Shown here piece after piece: positions 9,064 through 18,250 of a DNA stretch of 64,000 nt. The translations under genes were made by a program, and so were the position numbers. This DNA is from Myxococcota bacterium (GTDB taxonomy: Bacteria > Myxococcota_A > UBA796 > UBA2385): assembly GCA_044344255.1 (NCBI GenBank), contig JBIJDH010000008.1, positions 1 to 64,000 of the forward strand, written 5' to 3'. The notes below the pieces were generated by a model that saw only the letters and a list, made by a program, of their open reading frames with translations, did no database searches and was not told the DNA's origin. Each line of letters opens with the position of its first letter. Position 1 is the stretch's first letter.

Positions 9064-10320
9064 TCAGCTGGGGTTGAGGTCGCCGCTCTGGAGCGGGACC
9101 CACCAGGCCTCGCCGTTGACCAGCACGGGCTCACCGCTGATGCGGAGCCGATCGCCGGCCATCACCGAGCAGCGCATGGTCGACTGGAAGTTCCAGCCGT
9201 TGGAGGGATCGGGGCGGGTGGCCCGGACATTGGCCGAGCGTGTCACCCGGATCACCTCGCCTGCGCGGCCCGGCTTCTCCGCCCCGGCGTACCACCAGCC
9301 GACGAGGCCCCCACCCTTCACCTTGCAGCGCCCATCCGGCTCTCCGACCGGGGCCGTGATCGGGAAGGAGGCCTGGGACAGGGTCGAGGCGGGGGCGGAT
9401 GAGACCTTGGCCACCGCGGGCGCCGGAGGCACCGGGGAGGCCTTCGCGGGCGCCTCGACGAGGGCGGCCTTCGCGGGCGCCGCGACGGGGGCGGCCTTCG
9501 CGGGCGCCGCGACGGGGGCGGCCTTCGCGGGCGCCGCGACGGGGGCGGCCTTCGCGGGCGCCGCGACGGGGGCGGCCTTCGCGGGCGCCGCGGCCACCGG
9601 CACGACGGCGGCCGGTGAGACCGCGACGAAGCCTGACCCTGCGGCGGTGGCCGTGGTCGGGGCTGCGGTCGGGGCTACGATCGGGGCCGCGGTCGGGGCA
9701 GGGGCGACGGGGGTCAGCCCAGCGCCGCTGTTCTTGTCGAGCGGGCTCCCCTCCGCCCAAGGACGGGGAGCCGCCGAGCCGGTCGCCGGCGCCGCGACGC
9801 TCACGAGGCCGCCGACCGGCGCGGTGGCCTCCAGCGCCGCTGCCTCTCCGAGGGATGCGGCCTCTCCGAGGGATGCGGCCTCTTCCAGCGCGGCGAAGCG
9901 CTCCGCGTCCGAGGGGGCGTCCGGCGCGGCGCGCTGCCGCTCGAGCACCCCGAAGCCGACGAGGGAGAGCCCGACGAGGAAGGCGGCAGCGACCGCGTTC
10001 CGGACGGTGGACCGCCCAAAGTGCGGGCCAGCCTCCGGAGCGCGGGCCCCCAAGACCTGACAGACCTCGGCGAGGTTGGTGTCCTGCCTTCGAGCCTCGA
10101 CCGCCGCCCAAGCCAGAACGGGCATGCTCTTCCGCTGGCGGGCCAAGGTGATGAGCTCCGTCCAGGCGGCGACGGGCTCGAGGCCGGCCGTCTCGGTCCA
10201 GCCGAGGCCCGCCGCCCCGGAGAGCTGGGCGCGCTCAGAGGGGCTCGGAAAGCGCCGGGCAAAGAAGGAGGCGAGGTTTTTGAGATCGGAGCGATCGAGG
10301 TCCATAGGGGCGGTTTCCAT
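9064..10320 (-). CDS. Single-pass membrane protein: EAD1-like N-terminus, TM helix, Ala/Pro repeat linker, SH3-like C-terminal domain
   Basis: Helical N-terminal ~90 aa (FP...L...AGL...W.ELI..A...L.....N.L); TM AVAAAFLVGLSLVGFGVL; (AAPAKAAPV)n; ANVRA...GDRLRISGEP...WWVPL. Domain names are by-eye inference. Confidence 0.7.
   Translation of the reverse strand: METAPMDLDRSDLKNLASFFARRFPSPSERAQLSGAAGLGWTETAGLEPVAAWTELITLARQRKSMPVLAWAAVEARRQDTNLAEVCQVLGARAPEAGPHFGRSTVRNAVAAAFLVGLSLVGFGVLERQRAAPDAPSDAERFAALEEAASLGEAASLGEAAALEATAPVGGLVSVAAPATGSAAPRPWAEGSPLDKNSGAGLTPVAPAPTAAPIVAPTAAPTTATAAGSGFVAVSPAAVVPVAAAPAKAAPVAAPAKAAPVAAPAKAAPVAAPAKAAPVAAPAKAALVEAPAKASPVPPAPAVAKVSSAPASTLSQASFPITAPVGEPDGRCKVKGGGLVGWWYAGAEKPGRAGEVIRVTRSANVRATRPDPSNGWNFQSTMRCSVMAGDRLRISGEPVLVNGEAWWVPLQSGDLNPS
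9439..9592. repeat. 27-bp coding tandem repeat, about 6 copies (AAPAKAAPV)
   Basis: ggccttcgcgggcgcc core recurs at 9439, 9466, 9493, 9520, 9547 and 9574. Confidence 0.9.
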
Positions 10321-10389
10321 CTCGGCAGGGTATCACCCTTTACACGTCAAGCCCAGACCTCCAGCTCACATTCATCCGATGGAGCCCGC

Positions 10390-10968
10390 GTGGCGCCGCG
10401 CCTCCTGCTGATCGACAATTATGACTCCTTCACCTGGAATCTCGTCCAGGCCTTCGAGGTGCTCGGCGCGGAGGTCGAGGTGGTGCGCAACGACCAGATC
10501 TCGGTCGCCGAGGCGGTGGGCCGCGCGCCCACGCACCTCGTGATCTCCCCCGGGCCCGGGCGACCCGAACAGGCCGGCGCCTCGCTCCCGATCATGGAGG
10601 CGCTGATCGGGCGGGTGCCCCTGCTCGGCGTCTGCCTCGGCCACCAGTGCCTGGGCCTGCTCTTCGGGGCGCGCGTGCTCGCCGCGCGGCGGCTCCGTCA
10701 CGGAAAGGAGTCCCCGGTGTCGCACGACGGGCAGACCCTCTTCACCGACCTCCCCCGGCCCTTCGCGGCCGGGCGGTACCACTCCCTGGTGGTGGCCGAG
10801 GCGGGGCTCCCGGGCGGCCTCGTCATCAGCGCCCGCTCCGAGGACGACGACGAGATCATGGGCCTGCGCGCCCCTGACCTGCGCGCCGAGGGGGTCCAGT
10901 TCCACCCCGAGAGCGTGCTCACCCCCACGGGGACCCTGCTGCTCGAGAACTTCCTGCGGAGGGTCTGA
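10390..10968 (+). CDS. Anthranilate/aminodeoxychorismate synthase component II (glutamine amidotransferase, TrpG/PabA family)
   Basis: LLIDNYDSFTWNL, ISPGPG, LGVCLGHQ, RYHSL, GVQFHPES; GTG start at 10390 after GGAG. Confidence 0.93.
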   Translation: MAPRLLLIDNYDSFTWNLVQAFEVLGAEVEVVRNDQISVAEAVGRAPTHLVISPGPGRPEQAGASLPIMEALIGRVPLLGVCLGHQCLGLLFGARVLAARRLRHGKESPVSHDGQTLFTDLPRPFAAGRYHSLVVAEAGLPGGLVISARSEDDDEIMGLRAPDLRAEGVQFHPESVLTPTGTLLLENFLRRV

Positions 10969-11018
10969 GGCGGCGTCGGCCGCCCCCGTTCGACCAGACC
11001 TCTTCGTCGACCAGACCT

Positions 11019-11764
<746 letters not shown>

Positions 11765-11768
<4 letters not shown>

Positions 11769-14167
11769 TGGTGCTGCCGGAGGATCTCGGTGGCGATGCT
11801 GCCAGGGCTGAGGCCCTGGTCATTGGCCCCGACGATGAGGTCGGAGATGCTGCGTGGGCGAATCGTATAGACATCGGGCGGCGGAAACTGATCGTTCAGC
11901 GCCGCCTCGAGGCGGGCAGTGGCGCCCGCGGCCGCCGACGGCGGGACGCCACGCTTGATCGCGTCCTGCTCGGCCTGGGTGAGCACCGAGTGGACGTCAT
12001 ACATCGACTGGGCCTTGACCACACCCGGCAGCGTGGAGGCGGCGCGGGGGGGCGCGGACTCGGGTGGGGCGGGGGCCGTCGTGGCGGCGGCCCCGGTCAG
12101 GGTCCCAGCGGCGGTCGCTCCGCCGGTCGAGGGGCTCGCGGCGGACCGCCCCGCGCTCGCGCTCGAGGTCGCGCTGACCTCGCCCTGCGCCGCGGCCACC
12201 TCCGACGACGCGCCCGCCACCTCGGCGCCAGAGGCCGGCTCGAGCTCGAGGCGCAGGTTCACCTGCTCGCTGCCGCGCACGGTGATGTCCCGCTCGACCG
12301 TTCGAAACCCGCTCTTTCGGAGGTGGATCTGATGTCGGCCGACCGGGAGCCTCAGTCCGCTCAGGGGGAGCTTTCCCACCAGCTCGTCGTCGAGGTAGAC
12401 AGAGGCGCCCGGCTCCCCTTGAATGTTGAGCCGGCCGTCTTTCCCTGCGGCGCGCTCCTCCGACCGGGCGCGGCTCGCCTCCCGCGCCGCTTGTCGACTG
12501 GCCCGCTCACTCTCTCGCTCCGCCTCGCGGCTGGCTTCGCGCTCTGCCTCCTCCCCCTCGGCCCCCTCGGCGCGGAGCTGCTCCCGAACCGCGCGGAGGA
12601 GGGCCTGGGCGTCCGGGTCTTCGGGGTCCCGGTCCAGGAGATCCCGACCGCGGCTGAGCGCACCCGCGAAGTCCCCTGCTTCGAAGGCGGACTGCCCCTC
12701 CGAGAGGCGACGCTCGCGCCAAAGGGTGGAGGCCAACTGGGAGATCTGAACGTCGAGGGCGGCGTCGGTCGGCTGGGCGGCGCGGGCCTTATCGAGCATG
12801 GCCTCGGCCTCCCCCGGACGGCGCTCCCCGGCGAGGCGCTCCGCCTCGACGAGGTAGATTCGCGCGGTCTCATTCGGCTTCTCGTCGATCCCGGTCGCGC
12901 CGCCGGAGCGAGAGGGGCCGGGCCCGAGCCCGCTCCACCACGCGATGCCGATCAGCAGGCTGAACATCACCGCCGCCCCGGTGACGGCGGACAGCACCCC
13001 CGAGCGACCGCGCTCCTGGAGGATGACGGGAGGCGCGGCGACCGCGGCCGGGGCGACCGCCGGGGCAGCCGCCGCCGCGGGGGTGACCGGAGGGGGCGCG
13101 GTGACCGGGCGGGCCGGCGCAGGGGCTGGCTGGGGCCCGACCTCGTCGGGGGCCGGCAGGACCGTCGAGCCTCCATGGGTGTGCAGCCCCGTGTTCCCCG
13201 AACCCGACCGATCCGAGCTGCCGGCGCGGTAGGCGGCGAGCTCCGTCTCTGTAAAGAGCTGGCAGACCCACCCCGCGACGTCGCGCTCGCTCGAGTGGTA
13301 CGCCGGGCTGCGGTGGCAAAAGGCCTCGAGCTCATCGGCCATGTCGGAGGCTGATTGCCAGCGATCATCCGGAGAGGGCGCGAGGGCGCGCCGGATGATT
13401 CCCTCCAGCACCGGAGGGAAATCCGGCACGAAGGTGGAGGGCAGCCGGAGCTTTCCCTCCAGCCGGTCTCGCCACACCGCCGCAGGGTTCTCGTTCTGGA
13501 AGGGCTGGATCCCGGTGGCCATCCAGTACAGACAAACCCCAGTTTGGTAAATATCAACCCGATGATCCACCTGATCAGAGAGCTGCTCCGGAGCCATATA
13601 GTGGAGCTTACCCTTAATCATCCCCACTTCGGTCACGTTTCTCTTGATATCGGAGCTGGCGATCCCGAAGTCGATCAGCTTCACGGCGCCCGAGGGTGCG
13701 ATCAGGATGTTTCCGAGGCTGACGTCGCGATGGATGATCTTGAGGACCTTCCCATCATCATCCCTCAGGCCGTGGGCGTACGCCAAGGCGCGACAGACAC
13801 AGGCGGTGATCCAGGCGAGGTGACCGTAGGGGCGCGGGCCCTCCGTCGGGATCTTCTTGACCACCTTCGACAAGTTCGGGCCGGGCACGTACTCCATCAC
13901 GAAGAAGGGGACGCCGTCCTGCTCCCCCACCTCGAAGACCTGGCTGATGTTCGGGTGCGTCAGGAGGGCGGAGAGCCTCGCCTCATCGAGGAACATCTGC
14001 ACATAGGACTCGTTGCCCAGGTGCTTCTGATGGAGGACCTTGATGAGGACGAGCTTCTGAAAGCCGCCGATGCCATCCAGGCGACAAAGCCAGGTGACCG
14101 CCATCCCACCCGCGCCGATGCGACGTTCGACGGTGTACCGCCCGATGTGGGTCAAGGTGCTGGCCAA
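11765..14167 (-). CDS. Membrane Hanks-type Ser/Thr protein kinase with TPR-like and PEGA domains
   Basis: IGAGGMA, VLIK, HRDVSLGN, DFGIA, YMAPEQ; TM; PEGA-like GEPGASVYLD...VG.LPL...LPVGRHQIHLRKSGF. Confidence 0.92.
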
Positions 14168-14422
14168 GGGATGCTCCTGGAAGACAGGGCAGAGCGCGGT
14201 GGGACGTGAGAAGTGAGACTCTACTCAGTATCGATCGGGACCGGGATGACCCGCAGGCCGGACGGCGCCGGGCCCGCCGCGAGCCCGATTCGTAACACAT
14301 AGCCGATGGCCCCCGGCGTGGAGGCCACCGGGGAGCCGGCGGGGCGCATCAGCCCTCACGCGGACGAGGGGCACCCGCTCCCCCGAGGGCGAGCAGGGCG
14401 CGGCGACGGGACGGGTGGCGGC

Positions 14423-15724
14423 TCAACGGCCGCTCCCCGTCATCTGCCAATTGTAAGACACAGAGACACGAAGCTCGGGGTAGATCTCCGTCTGCCCGTT
14501 GAACTTCTGGATGTGCCCGCTCCCGTCCACCTTGAGGGCCACGGCCGGCACCGGCCGAAGCATCACGCCGAGCGTCGGCTTGGTGAAGATCCCATCGTCG
14601 GAGAGCCCCGCCTCGCCGTCGCCGCCCGCCGCCTTATCGCCGATACTCTCGGGGTTTCGGTAGTGGTCGAGCTGCGCATACGTGGTGAGCTCGATGGCGT
14701 CGGCGAGGCGTCCGAAGCGGCTCCGAAAGGACTGTCCTACCCGAACGTATCCAGTTCGGACCGAATAGTCGGCGAGCACGGAGACGTCGTTCAGTTCGCC
14801 GGACTGTAGACCGAAGCGAGAGATCTGCGCACCGGTGAGCCCGGCAGCGGCGAGCTCGGCCACCGCGGCGGGGTCTCGCTCGCCGTGGTGCTGCGCGCTC
14901 CACCCCTCCGCCTGGAGCTGGAAGCCCCGCGCCTTGACCTGTACGTAGCCACCCGAGACCCAGTACTCGTCGATCTCCATCCAAGGTGCCACCCCGCCGT
15001 CCGGCGGCCCGCCGCCGACGCCGTGCGAAGGGGCGGCGCTCCCGCCGGAGGTGTAGAAGGAGCTGCCCACCGTGAGCGCGCTCCGCACGACGAGGTTGAG
15101 GTCCGCGCCGAGGGGGACCTGGCTGGACTCGCGCTCGTCGTTGCCCGTCATCAGCGCCCAGTTGACGGTCAACTCACCCGGGGAGAACCGACCATGCACC
15201 ATCAGGTTCGTCGTCCGCGTCAGCAGCAGGTGATCTTTATCGAACATCTCCGGCGGTTCGATGCCGATGAAGGTCGGGGTGGCGTCCAAGATCTCATTGT
15301 ACAGTCCGAAACGGCGGTACGTCTTGCCGAGCCTCAGGCTGAGCGCGTCGCCGACGAGGGCTGCCTCCACCCACGCGTTGCGCAGCACGACCGGCGCATC
15401 CTCCGTCGGGCTCCCCGCCCCCGGCGCCGCGAGGTTGAAGAAGTAGCGGTAGTGTCGGGCCACCGCGCCCTGCGCCATCACGTTCAGGTTGAGGACATCG
15501 AATTCCTGAGGATTCTCTTCATAAGCAGTAGCGCCAGCCGAGTCGACCACCGGGGTGGGGCCGACCTTCTCCCAGTAGCCGTTGATAAAACCGTAGAGCT
15601 TGAACAGGTCTTCAGGGGCCCGCGCTGAGACCCACACCGGCGCGGCCTCCTCGGCGGGCATCGCGGGAGGCTCGGCGGCCTGCAGACGCGCGGTCAGCAG
15701 GAGGGCCACGGGCAGCGGCAGCAT
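14423..15724 (-). CDS. Putative outer-membrane beta-barrel (porin-like) protein
   Basis: Signal peptide; KLYGFING, LRNAWVE...LSLRLGK...FGLYNE porin-type motif; amphipathic C-terminal strands (ELRVSVSYNW). Confidence 0.65.
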   Translation of the reverse strand: MLPLPVALLLTARLQAAEPPAMPAEEAAPVWVSARAPEDLFKLYGFINGYWEKVGPTPVVDSAGATAYEENPQEFDVLNLNVMAQGAVARHYRYFFNLAAPGAGSPTEDAPVVLRNAWVEAALVGDALSLRLGKTYRRFGLYNEILDATPTFIGIEPPEMFDKDHLLLTRTTNLMVHGRFSPGELTVNWALMTGNDERESSQVPLGADLNLVVRSALTVGSSFYTSGGSAAPSHGVGGGPPDGGVAPWMEIDEYWVSGGYVQVKARGFQLQAEGWSAQHHGERDPAAVAELAAAGLTGAQISRFGLQSGELNDVSVLADYSVRTGYVRVGQSFRSRFGRLADAIELTTYAQLDHYRNPESIGDKAAGGDGEAGLSDDGIFTKPTLGVMLRPVPAVALKVDGSGHIQKFNGQTEIYPELRVSVSYNWQMTGSGR

Positions 15725-15752
15725 CAAGGAGGGCCTCCCTACCCGAGCATTG

Positions 15753-17075
15753 TCAGGGTATCGTCCGAGCCGTCAAGAGGCCCGGCGGCTTTGCGCTCTC
15801 GTCGATCACGCCGTCCCTCGCGACCACCCGTCCGCCGACCACCACCACCTCGGGGGCGCCCCCCGTCTCCCGTCCGAGAAAGGGGGACCAATCTGCGCCG
15901 GAGTACGGAGGGGCCGAGCGCAGCTTCACGGTGTCCCGCTCTGAAAAGATGACGAGATCGGCGTCATAACCAACCTCGATCTTCCCCTTCCGGGCGAGCG
16001 AGAAGAGGCGGGCCGGCGCCTCCGAGCTCATCTCGACGAGGCGCTCGAGGCCGAGGCGGCCGTGCTTCACCGCCCCCACCAGCAGCGGGAAGAGGGTGTC
16101 GATGCCGGGGATGCCGCTTGGACGTCGCCAATACGGGAGGCTTGATGCACCGCGGAGCGAAGGGCGATGCCCGCTCGCGAAGACCTCGATCCGACCGCGC
16201 TTGACCGCCGCCCAGAGCGCGCGCCGGTCGACCTCGCCGCGCATCGGGGGGTCGAACTTGAGCTGTTCGACCTGCTTTCCAGCGGTCTCCAGGCTGAAGA
16301 CGAGGTGGGACGGACTCACCGCAGAGGACAGCAGGAGCGCCCCGCGAGTAGGGTCGAGCAGGTTGAGCTCGGCCGCTGTGGAGAGGCTCGTGAGGTGGGC
16401 CCGCCCGCCCGAGGTCGCCAGGATCCGGATGAGTCGCCCCAGGGCCTCCGTCGCCGCCTTCAGGGGTCGAACATCGCTGTGCAGCGCGTCCTCCACCTGC
16501 GCCCACTTCCCCTCGCACTTCTCGATGGTCGGGCCATCCTCTGCGTGAACGCCGACCGGGGCGGGGGAGCCCTCCAGCAGGCGGGAGAGGGCCTCCTCAT
16601 CGAGCGACAGCGGCCCGCTTTGGAGGTCCATGCGCGCGAACGCGGCGATGGCCAGGCCCGCCCGGACCGCGTCCAGCGCCTCGGACACGCCGTCTCGCCC
16701 GGCCCCGATCCAGCTGCCGTACCAGGCGAGGCTCTGCCGCTCGGCCGCCTCTCTCCTGCCCTGAAGGCCGGCTCGATTGATGAGCGGCTCCACCCCGTCG
16801 GGGAGATCGATGAGGGAGGTCACCCCGGCGGAGACCGCAGCCCGGGACGCGGCGCGCACGTCGTCCCGCCGGGGGTCAGCGGCGCTCTGGCAGCGCACCT
16901 GGCTGTCGATGAAGCCGGGCACGACAAAGCGCCCGATGCCGGCCAGCACCTCCCGAGCGCCCGTGGTGAGCTTCCCGCCCACTTCGCAGATTCGACCGTC
17001 CTCCACAGCGATGTCAGCGACTCGACGCCCGCCGGCGTGGACGATGGTGGCGTCTCGGATGATGAGGTCGTACAC
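15753..17075 (-). CDS. Dihydroorotase/allantoinase-like amidohydrolase with degenerate metal site (probable pseudoenzyme)
   Basis: YDLIIR.A.IV...ADIAVEDGRI, AAVSAGVTSLIDLP, HAED, KGKIEVGYDADLVI; but HxH is QVR and DHAP is GHRP. GTG start with GGGAGG SD. Confidence 0.85.
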   Translation of the reverse strand: MYDLIIRDATIVHAGGRRVADIAVEDGRICEVGGKLTTGAREVLAGIGRFVVPGFIDSQVRCQSAADPRRDDVRAASRAAVSAGVTSLIDLPDGVEPLINRAGLQGRREAAERQSLAWYGSWIGAGRDGVSEALDAVRAGLAIAAFARMDLQSGPLSLDEEALSRLLEGSPAPVGVHAEDGPTIEKCEGKWAQVEDALHSDVRPLKAATEALGRLIRILATSGGRAHLTSLSTAAELNLLDPTRGALLLSSAVSPSHLVFSLETAGKQVEQLKFDPPMRGEVDRRALWAAVKRGRIEVFASGHRPSLRGASSLPYWRRPSGIPGIDTLFPLLVGAVKHGRLGLERLVEMSSEAPARLFSLARKGKIEVGYDADLVIFSERDTVKLRSAPPYSGADWSPFLGRETGGAPEVVVVGGRVVARDGVIDESAKPPGLLTARTIP

Positions 17076-17182
17076 GATAGAGCCTCCCCGGCGCTCCGAT
17101 GGTCCGCACCCGGAACCGCGGGGACCGGCGCCTATCCGATCTCCCCGTGTCCCCGCCAACCGCTCCGCGCCTGAGGTCCCCC

Positions 17183-17944
17183 ATGCGCCTGCTCCTCGTC
17201 GCCGGGCCCCCCGCCTCCGCCGCCCTTTGGGGCCCCGTCGTGACGCGCCTCGCTCACCATGGGCTCTCCGCCGAGGCGATCGAGCTCTTCGACCCGGTGC
17301 CCACCGACGCCACCATGGCGGGGATGTCCGCGGCGCTGGCCCAACGCCTCCGCGCCGAGCCGGAGCCGGCCCTCCTCGTCGCGCACGGCACCGCCCTGCC
17401 GATCGCCCTGCGCGCCGCCGCCATCGCCCCGCTCCGAGGCCTCGTGCTCAGCAACGGGCCGCTGGGCGCCCTCGACCCCATCACCGCCGCGCTGTGTCGC
17501 CTGGCCCGTCGGCCATCAATCTTCGCACAAGTCATCCTTCAACCATCCCTTTGGACCCGATGGCTCGCGTCCTCGGCCGGCCTGCGCCGCGCGGTGGTCA
17601 ACCCGTACGTGATGGACAACGACACCGTTGTCGCGCTTTGTGCGGCCTACCTCCAGAGCCCGTCCCACCGCCGGGCCGTGGCGCGCTATCTCGCCGATCT
17701 CCCAGCGAACATCGCTGTTCCCGCGCTTCCCTCCACCCTGCCGGTGCTCTTGTGCTGGGGAGACGGCGACCCGCTCTACCCGGCCGGAACAGCAGACGCG
17801 GCGCGCGTCCATTTCGATGGTTCCACCTGGGTCAATATCCCCGGCGGCCATCACCTCCACCCCGCTGAGCGTCCATGGGCCCTCGCCGACGCCGTGGCGG
17901 CCTGGGCCGCGGTTCCACAGGGTGGGACCCGTTCCCCGCGCTGA
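17183..17944 (+). CDS. Alpha/beta hydrolase fold protein lacking the nucleophile (probable pseudoenzyme)
   Basis: LLVAGPPASAALW, nucleophile elbow LVAHGTAL, GLVLSNG, PVLLCWGDGDPLYP, IPGGHHLHPAERP. Confidence 0.8.
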   Translation: MRLLLVAGPPASAALWGPVVTRLAHHGLSAEAIELFDPVPTDATMAGMSAALAQRLRAEPEPALLVAHGTALPIALRAAAIAPLRGLVLSNGPLGALDPITAALCRLARRPSIFAQVILQPSLWTRWLASSAGLRRAVVNPYVMDNDTVVALCAAYLQSPSHRRAVARYLADLPANIAVPALPSTLPVLLCWGDGDPLYPAGTADAARVHFDGSTWVNIPGGHHLHPAERPWALADAVAAWAAVPQGGTRSPR

Positions 17945-17945
17945 C

Positions 17946-18038
17946 CGCGACACCCATGTCGCGTTTTGCCCCCGACACCCCCCATCCAGCCCCCCCAGAC
18001 ACACCAAGAGACACCGTACTATCAGAAGATTTCTGATA
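17946..18038. promoter_or_regulatory. Putative enhancer-binding-protein sites and IHF-like site upstream of a sigma54 promoter
   Basis: Palindrome cgcgaca-ccca-tgtcgcg (17946-17963); GACAC at 17949, 17974, 17998 and 18010; palindrome tatcagaa-gat-ttctgata (18020-18038) resembling IHF WATCARNNNNTTR. Confidence 0.5.
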
Positions 18039-18048
18039 CGAGCCCCCC

Positions 18049-18065
18049 TTGGCACGCATCCTGCT
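18049..18065 (+). promoter_or_regulatory. Sigma54 (-24/-12) promoter
   Basis: TTGGCACGCATCCTGCT; GG(18051-52)-N10-GC(18063-64); one mismatch to TGGCACGNNNNTTGCW. Confidence 0.75.
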
Positions 18066-18075
18066 AAGTGGGATG

Positions 18076-18166
18076 TCGGAGAGACAATGAGATGGTTCGG
18101 CAGAGGTAATCCCTCGCCTCACCGCAGGGACGCCCGGTTGGAGACCCCAACCGGGCGTTTTTTTTT
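18076..18166 (+). ncRNA. Candidate sigma54-dependent small RNA (about 90 nt)
   Basis: Bounded by the sigma54 promoter and an intrinsic terminator; internal hairpin GGU-UC-GGC-A-GAGG-uaauc-CCUC-GCC-UC-ACC; no ORF completed inside. Start site inferred from promoter geometry. Confidence 0.6.
18130..18166 (+). terminator. Rho-independent terminator
   Basis: acgcccggttgg-agacc-ccaaccgggcgt 12-bp stem running into T9. Confidence 0.9.
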
Positions 18167-18250
18167 CCGACCGCACGCCGCCGAACCGCGGTGGGCGAGC
18201 CGCTGAGCCCGGTGGTTGCGCGCCTCTCCAGCCGGTGATGTACTCACCCC

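Noticed and set aside
18088..18206. Small ORF MRWFGRGNPSPHRRD... after GGAGA in the sRNA candidate
   Set aside because: It runs through the terminator stem and T9 tract and has no recognisable features. A leader-peptide role is not fully excluded.
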